Below are positions 17,680 to 26,153 of a stretch of DNA of 64,000 nt, piece after piece. Both the position numbers and the translations under genes were made by a program. Source of the DNA: an uncultured Nitrosopumilaceae archaeon. GTDB lineage: Archaea; Thermoproteota; Nitrososphaeria; Nitrososphaerales; Nitrosopumilaceae. The notes beneath the pieces are model-generated. The model was not told where the DNA came from. It worked only from the letters and a program-made list of their open reading frames with translations, and did not search any database. Location: the NCBI GenBank assembly GCA_964538885.1, contig CAZIHR010000018.1, positions 9,811 through 73,810 on the forward strand, in the 5' to 3' direction. The stretch's first letter is position 1. Every line of letters begins with the position of its first letter.

Positions 17680-18666
17680 TTGCAAAAACTAAATAGATTG
17701 CTCGATATTGTGACAATTTCACATTCTGCATTTTTGTGTGTAATTTTTGGAATGATGTTGTCGTCATTTCCAATTGGTATGCTCATAATGTTTCATAGTG
17801 ATATAGGTGAAGAGATCAACTTTGAGCTGCCTTTGGGCGCGTTAATCGAACTCGGTGATTTTGATCTGGGATTCTTTTCAAGTATTACAATAGGTGATGT
17901 GTTTGTAGTATTATGGTCTACTTATGTAATATTGTTTGTAGTTGCAATACTGGGTCCAAAGACAGGATTTGCCAGCACAATATCTAGTATGCTTTCTAGG
18001 ACTAGTACTGAACTTAGATCAAACTATATGGTTCATATCGTGAAATGGTTTTCAATAATTGTATTTGCTTCTGCTGTCATTCACCTTGTACAAGAGAGTG
18101 TCGGCATTACTACGGTGCCTCCACCAATAGAGAACGATCTTATCCTGTTTTTTTATACTAGTATGTCTCCATTGGTTGAGGAAGCTGGATTCAGAGTACT
18201 CTTAATTGGATTGCCACTATTTGCCTTTTATTCTCACAAGATGTCTATAAGACATTTTTTTAGAACTCTCTGGAATCCTACTCCAAATTTACACATTTAC
18301 AATGCTCGAAATGCATTGATTCTCATCATTCTGGCGGGTATACTATTTGGCCTTGCGCATGTAATGTTTGGCGGGTCTTGGACTGAAGGAAAACTTGCAC
18401 AGGCAACAGTTAGCGGCATCATACTTGGTTGGGTTTATTTTCGTTTTGGGTTTGTTGCTGCATTGCTTATTCATTGGGGGATTAACTATTTTGTTTTTGC
18501 ATATGTAATGCTTGTGGCCCAGATCAATAATATTACCACAAATGCGGCATTTTTACATTCCATGATTGTGACCATTGAGGCATTGCTTCTGATTTCTGGT
18601 GCACTTTCATTAGCAGTCATTGTGGGTGAATACTATTTTAGATTAAAGGTTCAGCGCAATTTTTAG
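17680..18666 (+). CDS. CPBP-family intramembrane glutamic endopeptidase (CAAX protease/Abi-like)
   Basis: 328 aa and polytopic. It carries the EEAGFRVLLIG (EExxxR) and FGLAHVMFG (FxxxH) motifs plus a later HW. The start codon is uncertain. Confidence 0.75.
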   Translation: MQKLNRLLDIVTISHSAFLCVIFGMMLSSFPIGMLIMFHSDIGEEINFELPLGALIELGDFDLGFFSSITIGDVFVVLWSTYVILFVVAILGPKTGFASTISSMLSRTSTELRSNYMVHIVKWFSIIVFASAVIHLVQESVGITTVPPPIENDLILFFYTSMSPLVEEAGFRVLLIGLPLFAFYSHKMSIRHFFRTLWNPTPNLHIYNARNALILIILAGILFGLAHVMFGGSWTEGKLAQATVSGIILGWVYFRFGFVAALLIHWGINYFVFAYVMLVAQINNITTNAAFLHSMIVTIEALLLISGALSLAVIVGEYYFRLKVQRNF

Positions 18667-19551
18667 TCCTTTGTATCTGTTTCTGATTGTGACTTCTGTT
18701 ACCCCTGCTGCTTCTGCAACATCTCGTTGGGTTTTGTTTTCACCGTTGGTGACACATGCAACATACAATGCAGCCGCTGCAAGACCCATGGGATCCTTAC
18801 CTGCGGAAATCTTGTTCTCTTCTGCTGTGTGGAGAATTTTTGTGGCTTTTCTTTTTGTCTTTTCTGATAGTCCTGCTTTGCTTGCAATTCTGGAAATGCA
18901 TTTTATGGGATCGACTACTGGCATCTTCAAATTCAACTCTCTCAATAGCAGTCTGTAGCATCTAGCAATGTCTTTTCTCTTGATATTACTTGCTTGACCT
19001 ATATCTTTAAGCGTTCTTGGAGTTTCAGTATCTCTACACGCTGCATAAAGTGCAGATGCTATGAGTGCCGAAATTGAACGCCCTCTGACCAGTCCCTTTT
19101 CTAATGCTTTTCTATAGATGTATGCAGCTTTTTCAATTACAGAGTCTCCTACTGCCAGCTTGTCCTTAAGTCTGTCCAGTTCGCTGAATGCTTGTCTGAA
19201 ATTTCTGTCTACTGGTTCGTGAACTTGACTCCTACTGTCCCATGTTCTGAGTCTTTCTATGGTGCTCTTCATTGATGCAGTGAGTGGTTTTCCTGTTGCA
19301 TCTCTGTTTTGTGGATTGATTACAGTGGCAAGTCCCATGTCGTGCATTGCCAAGGATGTGGGAACTCCTGCTCTGCTCTTGTTTTCTCCCTCATTTGAAA
19401 ATGATCTCCATTCGGGTCCAGACTCTTCAATTTTGTCAGTAATGACAAATCCACATTTGCCACAGAAATTCTCACCAGTGCTAGCATCAGTAACTAATGA
19501 GCCTTTCCCGCATCTGGGACATCTATCTTTTGGATTTATATTTTTTACCAA
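18643..19551 (-). CDS. tfb: transcription initiation factor TFB (TFIIB)
   Basis: 302 aa. There is an N-terminal zinc ribbon (CPRCGKGSLVTDASTGENFCGKCG), a B-finger region and two cyclin-fold repeats. Confidence 0.95.
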   Translation of the reverse strand: MVKNINPKDRCPRCGKGSLVTDASTGENFCGKCGFVITDKIEESGPEWRSFSNEGENKSRAGVPTSLAMHDMGLATVINPQNRDATGKPLTASMKSTIERLRTWDSRSQVHEPVDRNFRQAFSELDRLKDKLAVGDSVIEKAAYIYRKALEKGLVRGRSISALIASALYAACRDTETPRTLKDIGQASNIKRKDIARCYRLLLRELNLKMPVVDPIKCISRIASKAGLSEKTKRKATKILHTAEENKISAGKDPMGLAAAALYVACVTNGENKTQRDVAEAAGVTEVTIRNRYKGLKIALNL

Positions 19552-19662
19552 CCTTTAACCTCGCAAAACTAATTATAGTAATATTTAACATTTTCTAAAG
19601 TCTAATATATAAGCATATCGGAAAATTTAGCGTCTTGTGCAATCCCGAAATCAGTTCGCCCC

Positions 19663-20652
19663 CTACTCGACATCATACACCTCCCCTGATTGCGCATCTA
19701 TAACGCTGGTTCCCTTTGGTGGCATTTTACGTACAAATGCTTTGGCGGGTGTTTCCAGAGAGTCTCAGTCAAGCGACATATGGGGCCGGATGTGGTTCCA
19801 CCAATGGACAAGCTCATGAATATCTGAAAACCACTTTTGTTTGCGTTGTATCTCCCCATGGAATCGCTCCAGCTTGCCGTTTGTCTGGGGGTGGTTGACA
19901 CGTGCGAGTATGTGCCTTATCTCTAGTGATTTATTACTGTTTTCATCCTATCCCGTTCGCTGGTGGTTGACACGTGCAAGTATGTGCCTTATCTCTAGCC
20001 TGACTAGTTCCTGCTCAAACTCGGATGCCCCCTTTTTCTTATGCTCGGACTCACTGGCATAGAACTGACTGCCGCGGTCAGTCAGGATTGACGCCGGCCT
20101 GCCGTGCTTTTTTATGGCAGTGTGCAGTACCTCTATTGCGTGCCTACCCGTGGCATGTGCAAACACACCATATCCGGCTATGAACCGCGAGGCATCGTCC
20201 TGATACGCTATGAACCACCTGCCATCATCTAGGAGTTTATAGTCGGTGTGCCACAAAGAGTTGGAGTGCGTGCGTTCATATCGCACCCATTTAAGCCTGC
20301 GTGACTTTTTTGGCTGTTTTGTGGCCATCGCCCCATCCCTCATTATCCTGTGTATGGTATTATGAGGTATATGGATTCCGCGCAGGTCCAGCGCCTTCTC
20401 AATTCCCACGGTGCCTATTCGGTATTGTCCAAAGTATTCTGATACCCGCGTGCGCATCCTGTCGGCGATGACCGCCAACGGCCTGCCGGGCCTCCCAAGA
20501 GCCGGAATCTTTCCTGTGGCAAGATACCTAGCATACAACTTTTGGATCCATCGCCCACACACCTTCATTTCCAGTGCTATCTCGCCTGTACTCCTACCAA
20601 GTTCCTTCTGCCGTATGATGTATTTCACCTTGATGGGATCAAGCTTTGCCAT
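19663..20652 (-). pseudogene. IS481-like DDE (integrase-core) transposase, disrupted by an in-frame insertion carrying TAG (19948-19950) and by an in-frame TGA (19765-19767)
   Basis: The N-terminal HTH, WHTDYK (D) and LTDRGSQF (D) lie in the 234-aa ORF. Hand translation downstream continues in frame as LEIRHILARVNHPQTNGKLERFHGEIQRKQKWFSDIHELVHWWNHIRPHMSLD-TGA-DSLETPAKAFVRKMPPKGTSVIDAQSGEVYDVE, which contains the catalytic E motif (NGKLERFH). Confidence 0.75.
19890..19998. repeat. 37-bp direct repeat (36/37 identical) flanking a 35-bp spacer inside the transposase gene
   Basis: GGTGGTTGACACGTGC[G/A]AGTATGTGCCTTATCTCTAG occurs at 19890-19926 and 19962-19998, a period of 72 bp. Confidence 0.9.
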
Positions 20653-20758
20653 GATTCTGTGTTGCTTTCCCCTATTCCAAACGTATCGTTTGCCTAGCTT
20701 ACGTCTTAAATAGCGAACTGATTTCAGGACTATAGAACAGAGTTTCTCTTAAAATACA

Positions 20759-20766
20759 TTTTTAAA
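20759..20766 (+). promoter_or_regulatory. TATA-like box upstream of the Cys-rich micro-ORF
   Basis: TTTTTAAA is centred about 27 nt upstream of the ATG at 20789. Confidence 0.3.
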
Positions 20767-20788
20767 GTAGTGATGCCTCCTCATTACT

Positions 20789-20923
20789 ATGTCAGATGCA
20801 GCATGTGGTTGCGCAGCGCAGGCAGAAAATAATACTGACTGCGACTGTACAATGCAGAGTGAATGCTTCTGTGACTCTACATGTGATTGCAAATTAGAAG
20901 TTTGCGCAAACGCTGAGCACTAG
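20789..20923 (+). CDS. 44-aa cysteine-rich peptide with four CxC motifs (metallothionein-like)
   Basis: Hand translation: MSDAACGCAAQAENNTDCDCTMQSECFCDSTCDCKLEVCANAEH. It has 9 Cys in 44 aa (CGC, CDC, CFC, CDC plus one more), no aromatic or hydrophobic core, and a TATA-like box at the right distance. It is too short for the ORF track. Confidence 0.45.
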   Translation: MSDAACGCAAQAENNTDCDCTMQSECFCDSTCDCKLEVCANAEH

Positions 20924-20945
20924 CAGCTGTTCATTTTCCTTTTTT

Positions 20946-21203
20946 TTATTCGTCTTCATCTTCCTTGATGCCCCATGATTTTACTAGTTCGGCGGTGAAC
21001 TTTGTGGATTGTTTTTCATCTAGGGCAAAACCACAATTTTTATGTGTAGGAACTACAATCATGCCATCTAGCTTGAACTCGACTTCATACAAATGGATTT
21101 TGGTGCATTCACACATACTGAAAACTTGACAGCATTCCTCTATATTTGCGTATTTAGTGTGCAGAAACACCTTACTAACGAACATATGCGTCCACCCAGA
21201 CAC
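20946..21203 (-). CDS. hypothetical protein (85 aa, acidic C-terminus)
   Basis: ORF only. No recognisable motif. Confidence 0.3.
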   Translation of the reverse strand: MSGWTHMFVSKVFLHTKYANIEECCQVFSMCECTKIHLYEVEFKLDGMIVVPTHKNCGFALDEKQSTKFTAELVKSWGIKEDEDE

Positions 21204-21268
21204 GTTGTGTTTTTTCTATTTGCATTTGAATAACCTTTAACTAACCTACTACAGTACTTTTTCTTGAT

Positions 21269-22771
21269 TTGAAGTCACTGTTTTTCGTAATACCGTTGGC
21301 TACAATCTTGCTTATTAGTACAGTCGTGATGCCCACTTATGCGCAGTTTCAATCTGGTGGAGTGGACAAGGATGGTGAATGGTATGCGGGTGAAGGTCTC
21401 AAGCAAGGAGATTACTTTTCATATAGAATGTGTCATGTGGATTATAAGGAATGTGCATCTTTTACCATGAATATTTGGTTTAAGGGAGATGTCAAGATCG
21501 AAACGGAGGAGCAATGGGTTGCCGAAGTTGTGGTGTATGATGGGAGCAAGATAATTGTTGGTGAAATGAATCTGGGTAAGCTTGCACCAGAACCAACAGG
21601 TAGCAGTATCGAATTGGACACTTATGCAAGTGCATTCAAATCGTCGATTGTTTGGCTGTCTGCATTTGCAACAGAATATGGCGACTCGGGTGGCGAAGGA
21701 CCAAAAGCATTTCGTGATATATCATGGGGAAAGATTGCAAATATAGGAGGTGAACAAATCCTCCCCACCGCAATTGAGAATGTTACCGTTCCTGCAGGGA
21801 CATGGGAAACAGTAGTGATCACTTGGAAGACTGGTGGCTATGTAAGCAAAGTCTGGCTTGTGGATGACTTTCCTTTCCCGATAAAGGCTGCAACACTAAC
21901 TCATGTCTCAGAAGGAATCCCACCCCCAGAATATCAATTTGAGCTGTTAGATTACAAGGAAAATGTGCAGCAGAGTCCATTTGAAGGAATAGCATCTACA
22001 AAGAATGAACAAATTGCCAAAGGATGCCCACAAAGTTTTGAAAAGGTCAGCATAAAAAAACCTTCAAAGAATTTCCAATATCAAGTACATGTAATTTATG
22101 GTCCAGAATATCCCATACAGGGATGTGAAATGGAGTGGTTGATCAAGTTTATCAGCAAATATGATGACACAGAATTCCTAAATCAAGTACAATATGATTT
22201 GTTGGTAGTAGACGAGAATCAAGTTCCCATTCGCTCAATTGCACACGATGAAGGCCGACAATTCTTGTATTCTCCTTCGGGGCAGTCGATTATCGATATG
22301 ACGGTAAACGAGGAGCTTGGCACGGCCAAATATGTGATATGGATTTATGGACTTGCCCCAGAAAACCGCGTTCCTGCTACTATGGATGACTATGTTGAGA
22401 TCACCATTCCAATATCTGAGCATCGAACTGATGACCTGACTGGTACCGGCCAAAGTATTCCCTCTTGGGTAAAGAACAATGCGGGATGGTGGGCAGACGG
22501 ACAGATCGATGATAACTCATTCGTACAAGGCATACAATACCTCATCAAAGAAGGGATCATGAAGATTCCGCCCACTGCACCAAGTACAGGCACTGGAAAC
22601 AACCAGATCCCCTCTTGGGTAAAGAACAATGCGGGATGGTGGGCAGACGGACAGATCGATGATAACTCATTCGTACAAGGCATACAATACCTCATCAAAG
22701 AAGGAATAGTGAGAATTCCTACCCAGACAGAATCAGAAACAAGTGAGGCACCACCACTTTGGCTGGATTGA
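21269..22771 (+). CDS. secreted protein with two C-terminal copies of a ~35-aa W-rich module (IPSWVKNNAGWWADGQIDDNSFVQGIQYLIKEGI)
   Basis: 500 aa with a TTG start and a signal-like N-terminus (MKSLFFVIPLATILLISTVVMPTYAQ). The C-terminal module is duplicated. I do not recognise the N-terminal domain. Confidence 0.65.
   Translation: MKSLFFVIPLATILLISTVVMPTYAQFQSGGVDKDGEWYAGEGLKQGDYFSYRMCHVDYKECASFTMNIWFKGDVKIETEEQWVAEVVVYDGSKIIVGEMNLGKLAPEPTGSSIELDTYASAFKSSIVWLSAFATEYGDSGGEGPKAFRDISWGKIANIGGEQILPTAIENVTVPAGTWETVVITWKTGGYVSKVWLVDDFPFPIKAATLTHVSEGIPPPEYQFELLDYKENVQQSPFEGIASTKNEQIAKGCPQSFEKVSIKKPSKNFQYQVHVIYGPEYPIQGCEMEWLIKFISKYDDTEFLNQVQYDLLVVDENQVPIRSIAHDEGRQFLYSPSGQSIIDMTVNEELGTAKYVIWIYGLAPENRVPATMDDYVEITIPISEHRTDDLTGTGQSIPSWVKNNAGWWADGQIDDNSFVQGIQYLIKEGIMKIPPTAPSTGTGNNQIPSWVKNNAGWWADGQIDDNSFVQGIQYLIKEGIVRIPTQTESETSEAPPLWLD
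22460..22704 (+). repeat. 150-bp-period tandem duplication with a 95-bp stretch of 100% nucleotide identity
   Basis: 22460-22554 is identical to 22610-22704 by direct comparison. The flanks diverge. Confidence 0.9.
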
Positions 22772-22794
22772 TTTTTCCTAGATGTTGATTTACC

Positions 22795-23154
22795 ATGGTA
22801 AGTATCTTCAATTATCCAAAACGTCGTCTCAAGAAACTGGTTAGAGATGGTGAGTATGCTGATGCTCTAGAATTTGGCCACAAGATCGAATCTCAATATT
22901 CTGATGATTCAAATTTTATGTTCATTATGGGCAGCATCTACTTTATGGTTGAGGATCCTAAAAAGGCATTGCCGTACTTTGAAAGATCACTGTCCCTAAA
23001 ATCAGATGATGTTGAGGCACTTATGCTGAAAACTAATACACATCTGTCTTTGCATCAGAAAGATGAAGCAATAGATTGTTGTAGGAAGATAATAAAGTTA
23101 GAGCCTGAAAATTATGAGGCCCACGGCCTATTGGAAAAACTCAAAGTAAGTTAG
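22795..23154 (+). CDS. tetratricopeptide-repeat (TPR) protein
   Basis: 119 aa with about three 34-aa TPR-like units (YADALEFGHKI, ALPYFERSLSLKSDD, AIDCCRKIIKLEPENYEA). Confidence 0.65.
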   Translation: MVSIFNYPKRRLKKLVRDGEYADALEFGHKIESQYSDDSNFMFIMGSIYFMVEDPKKALPYFERSLSLKSDDVEALMLKTNTHLSLHQKDEAIDCCRKIIKLEPENYEAHGLLEKLKVS

Positions 23155-23636
23155 ATTTGCCTACTCCTCATTTCATATGCATGTTCCAACAGCCAGTCGC
23201 AAAATTTGGTCACCTCACAAGTGAACTCTGTCCAGATATGAACAGAATGGGGTAGTATGTCAATCTTCCAGTTATCGGTGTATACCCTTACCCCTTCCTT
23301 GTTTTCATACATGTACGCGTCTGAAACCTGAACATTACCAAGTGTCTCTTTGGCTTTTGTCTTGATGATGTTTCTGTCAATCGGAAATCTTTTACGATCA
23401 TAGTCTACAATCAAGCTCAAATCCCTTTTTCCATACATGTTGAATTCATCTATTCTGCCCTCCTTTGGAAAATTTACCACAAGCTTGATACCGTATTTTT
23501 TACCCACCTCTTTGCCTATCTCCACAATTCTTGCATATCCTAGGGCGGGGCTTTTTTTTAACAGAATACGTATCTGTGCAATATTCATCTTCAAATTGGT
23601 CTGAAGATCACCTGTTATCTCAGAAAACAACATCAT
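23151..23636 (-). CDS. hypothetical protein (161 aa)
   Basis: A long ORF with ordinary composition, divergent from 23704..24360. No motif recognised. Confidence 0.4.
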   Translation of the reverse strand: MMLFSEITGDLQTNLKMNIAQIRILLKKSPALGYARIVEIGKEVGKKYGIKLVVNFPKEGRIDEFNMYGKRDLSLIVDYDRKRFPIDRNIIKTKAKETLGNVQVSDAYMYENKEGVRVYTDNWKIDILPHSVHIWTEFTCEVTKFCDWLLEHAYEMRSRQI

Positions 23637-23703
23637 GTTACAAGCAGCCTCACAATTGTTCCTATTAATCAGTACCTGAGATTGATTTTTTAACTAATAG
23701 TAT

Positions 23704-24360
23704 GTGTCTTTTTTCATGGCCATGCCGATGGATTATGATGGAATGCGCACTGATGATGCATCAGAGAGAACCAATGACGTAAACGAATACAAAAGGACAT
23801 GTATGGACTTTATTGAAGATATTTCTCATGACTATGAGGCATGGGTGGACTATTACAAACTTCCTGACGTGGATGACAAAAGGCGGCGAGCAGAAATACG
23901 GGCCACAATTCAAAAGACAAATCACTGGATTGCCAAAGTGGGCCAGACCATCAAGGCAGTGGATGTCATCATGAATGATGGCATCCAGAAGATGGCAGAA
24001 TCTACAGCTGGTAAACCTCTGGAAATAGGTGTATTCGTGAATGGCAAGTCAAGTTACACCGAGGCACAACCTGGAGTTATTGATGTCAACGTCAAGGCAA
24101 GTGGTAGAAAAGGTAGAAAGATGAAGTTGGGATTACACTTTAAGGACTCTAGATTTCGGATAGAATCCACCTGCAACGCCTACTTGGAGGAGAACAATCT
24201 ACCAAACGAGGAATTTGACTTTATGGATATACACCTTCGTATGCATGCTGAGAATGCACATCAACGTGATGTTATATCATTTACGGTGACCGTTAGTGAA
24301 TTTGAAAATGATGTGGAGATTGATAGGAGGGGCCTGAGCACTATTGTTCATATAGTGTGA
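23704..24360 (+). CDS. hypothetical protein (about 214-218 aa)
   Basis: A long ORF. The likely start is ATG 23716 (MAMPMDYDG). No motif recognised. Confidence 0.4.
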   Translation: MSFFMAMPMDYDGMRTDDASERTNDVNEYKRTCMDFIEDISHDYEAWVDYYKLPDVDDKRRRAEIRATIQKTNHWIAKVGQTIKAVDVIMNDGIQKMAESTAGKPLEIGVFVNGKSSYTEAQPGVIDVNVKASGRKGRKMKLGLHFKDSRFRIESTCNAYLEENNLPNEEFDFMDIHLRMHAENAHQRDVISFTVTVSEFENDVEIDRRGLSTIVHIV

Positions 24361-24697
24361 CTTCAAGTACTACTCTTCTTTCATCTGCACGGGGTTCACC
24401 TGGGTATTTTAGTTTGGATATCTTTCTACATAGTTCCTCGTCGTCCACAGAGCTAGCCTTTCCGTGATATGTTGTGCCGTCATATTGTACGATGACTTTG
24501 GGATGCGCAAGTGCGTTTTTGAACCAGTCAGAGTCTGGTCTGTGCCTTGAAAAATATATCTTTCCATTATGTGATACTGCTAGTAACATTACTGAGTGTG
24601 CTTTCATAGTCTTCCTACCGATGGTTCTTAAGGTGGCCCTGAAAGAATCCACATTAGTCATATGCACACAAGTTCTTATCAAGTAATTTAATCTCAT
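24341..24697 (-). CDS. PNPOx-like split beta-barrel protein (possibly a deazaflavin/F420-dependent nitroreductase-family, DUF385-like)
   Basis: GRKTMKAHSVMLLAV...DSDWFKNALAHPKVIVQYDGTTYHGKA resembles the GRKSG...W(Y/F)xNLxAxPxVxV core as I recall it. The start is probably an internal Met. Confidence 0.4.
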   Translation of the reverse strand: MRLNYLIRTCVHMTNVDSFRATLRTIGRKTMKAHSVMLLAVSHNGKIYFSRHRPDSDWFKNALAHPKVIVQYDGTTYHGKASSVDDEELCRKISKLKYPGEPRADERRVVLEVTLYEQ

Positions 24698-24940
24698 TGA
24701 TAACTACCATTTTAATCATTTATCTGGTTTCGTGTTTAAAAACTGTGTTTCCTAATTGTGCCAGTAGACATGCCTAGCCTAGTATTTTTTTCATGTCAGT
24801 CAGGTATTTTTTACATTAGAAGTCAAGTGTGCAAGACATGTTATCCCACCAGTACTCAAAATGATGGGACAGAGATGTCAGGCACAATGTATACTTGCAG
24901 AATATGGATTTAAGAATGAAGCGGTGGCGCGGCCAGTCCG

Positions 24941-25243
24941 TTGGGGAGGAGACTGCCCGTGAGCCGGACACGTGGCACCGCGATAGCCAAAACAGATAAC
25001 GAAAAATACGTCAAACGCGGCGCGGATCTGATCATAGAGCATGATCCTAGGTGGGAAGACGACGTAAGGCGCGCAAACAAGGGCAAGGTCGGCGCCTCGT
25101 ACCAGTACGCAGACACGTTCATCATGTTGGCCGCTGGCATCAGAATATCGCTAGGGATCCAGTACAGGCAGCTCCAGGGAATGGTAGGCAAAATGTTACG
25201 CGGGTACGACACGCCCGTGTTCAGCCAGATGTACAGGAATTAA
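24941..25243 (+). pseudogene. N-terminal fragment of an IS5-like transposase within a GC-rich island
   Basis: KGKVGASYQYADTFIMLAAGIRISLGIQYRQLQGMVGKML fits the G-x-P-x-x-Y-S-D-x-FI-x-L...YR-x-L-E/Q-G pattern of IS5-type transposase N-termini. No DDE catalytic domain follows. GC content is conspicuously higher than the flanks, and all three overlapping frames are open. Confidence 0.4.
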
Positions 25244-25387
25244 TGTACATGAATTTACAAGCGTCGCTATATGTACTGTTTTTTGAATTGAAATTTAAGA
25301 CATTGGTTGGAAATAAAGTACTTTTTGACCTCATTAGTAGGAAATTGTGATATTAGTCATGATAAATAAATTCGTCTAACTGTATAC

Positions 25388-25840
25388 ATGTCAGTTAAGT
25401 TGGAAGGAATGCCAGCAAATTTGGTTACAGCAGATGACTTTGCAGGCAAAAAAGTCATAGATAGGGAAGGAATTGAGTATGGAAAGGTAAAACACATTCA
25501 CATAAACCGTGACACACTTGTGGTCTCTGGTGTAACCATTCATCAAGGATTTCATAAGGACTATTTTCTTCCAGAGGATTATATCGACAAGTTTTCTAAT
25601 GAGACACTACTTCTGAGCAGACCTCCTATACGAACCGGAATACAAGTGGTTGACATTGATGGCCACAAGACAGGCAAAATAAAACGGATTCACAGAAATC
25701 CAGACACAAATGAGATAGAGTCAGTTGAGGTGAGTGATGGACTGGTGCATTCTAAGATACTTTCTAAATCTGATATTTGGGGAGTAGGTGAGAAAGTGAT
25801 CTTGAGGATGACTCGAGACGAGTTTAAGGCTAGTGAATAG
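25388..25840 (+). CDS. PRC-barrel domain protein (two PRC-like halves)
   Basis: 150 aa. GKKVIDREGIEYGKVKHIHINRDTLVVSGVTI and VVDIDGHKTGKIKRIHRNPDTNEIESVEV match the PRC-barrel pattern. Confidence 0.65.
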   Translation: MSVKLEGMPANLVTADDFAGKKVIDREGIEYGKVKHIHINRDTLVVSGVTIHQGFHKDYFLPEDYIDKFSNETLLLSRPPIRTGIQVVDIDGHKTGKIKRIHRNPDTNEIESVEVSDGLVHSKILSKSDIWGVGEKVILRMTRDEFKASE

Positions 25841-26153
25841 ACCCTCATTATTTTGACTTGCTACACGTCTTGCAAATTGGAATGCCATCCACAATGATGA
25901 TGTCTACATTTGATGAAAAGCACTTCCGGCAGAGTCCTTTCATGCATGTGCATTTATGTAAAGCACTTTATCTTTTTTGTGTTACTGATAGTTTGATATG
26001 CCTGCTCATATACAGATCAAGTTATATTCTGTGGATGAGAATTTCTCTGTACGTCAACGAATAACTAAAATTTGTGTATGTTCTAATATTCTGTTTTCTA
26101 TTTTGATGATGTGACTTTGACAGTTTTATTGGAGCATGTATGTGGCCCGACAC

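Larger units (their letters stand above)
19641..20731 (-). mobile_element. decayed IS481-like insertion sequence (rve/DDE transposase, imperfect terminal inverted repeats)
   Basis: Terminal inverted repeats are CCCGAAATCAGTTCGC (19644-19659) and GCGAACTGATTTCAGG (20713-20728), matching at 15/16 (17/19 if extended). They bracket a single transposase gene. No target-site duplication is evident. Confidence 0.7.

Noticed and set aside
24917-25243. GC-rich island as a structured RNA gene (SRP RNA or RNase P RNA), since GC islands in AT-rich archaeal genomes are often RNA genes
   Set aside because: I could not find the conserved SRP (GGAAG...AGCA helix-8) or RNase P (GAGGAAAGUCC, ACAGAA...GCUUA) motifs on either strand. 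One frame also gives a transposase-like peptide. It still deserves an Rfam scan.
25848-25943. 31-aa minus-strand zinc-ribbon-like ORF (MKGLCRKCFSSNVDIIIVDGIPICKTCSKSK) convergent with the PRC-barrel gene
   Set aside because: It is very short, has no promoter-like box at the right distance and conservation cannot be assessed. It is too speculative to call.
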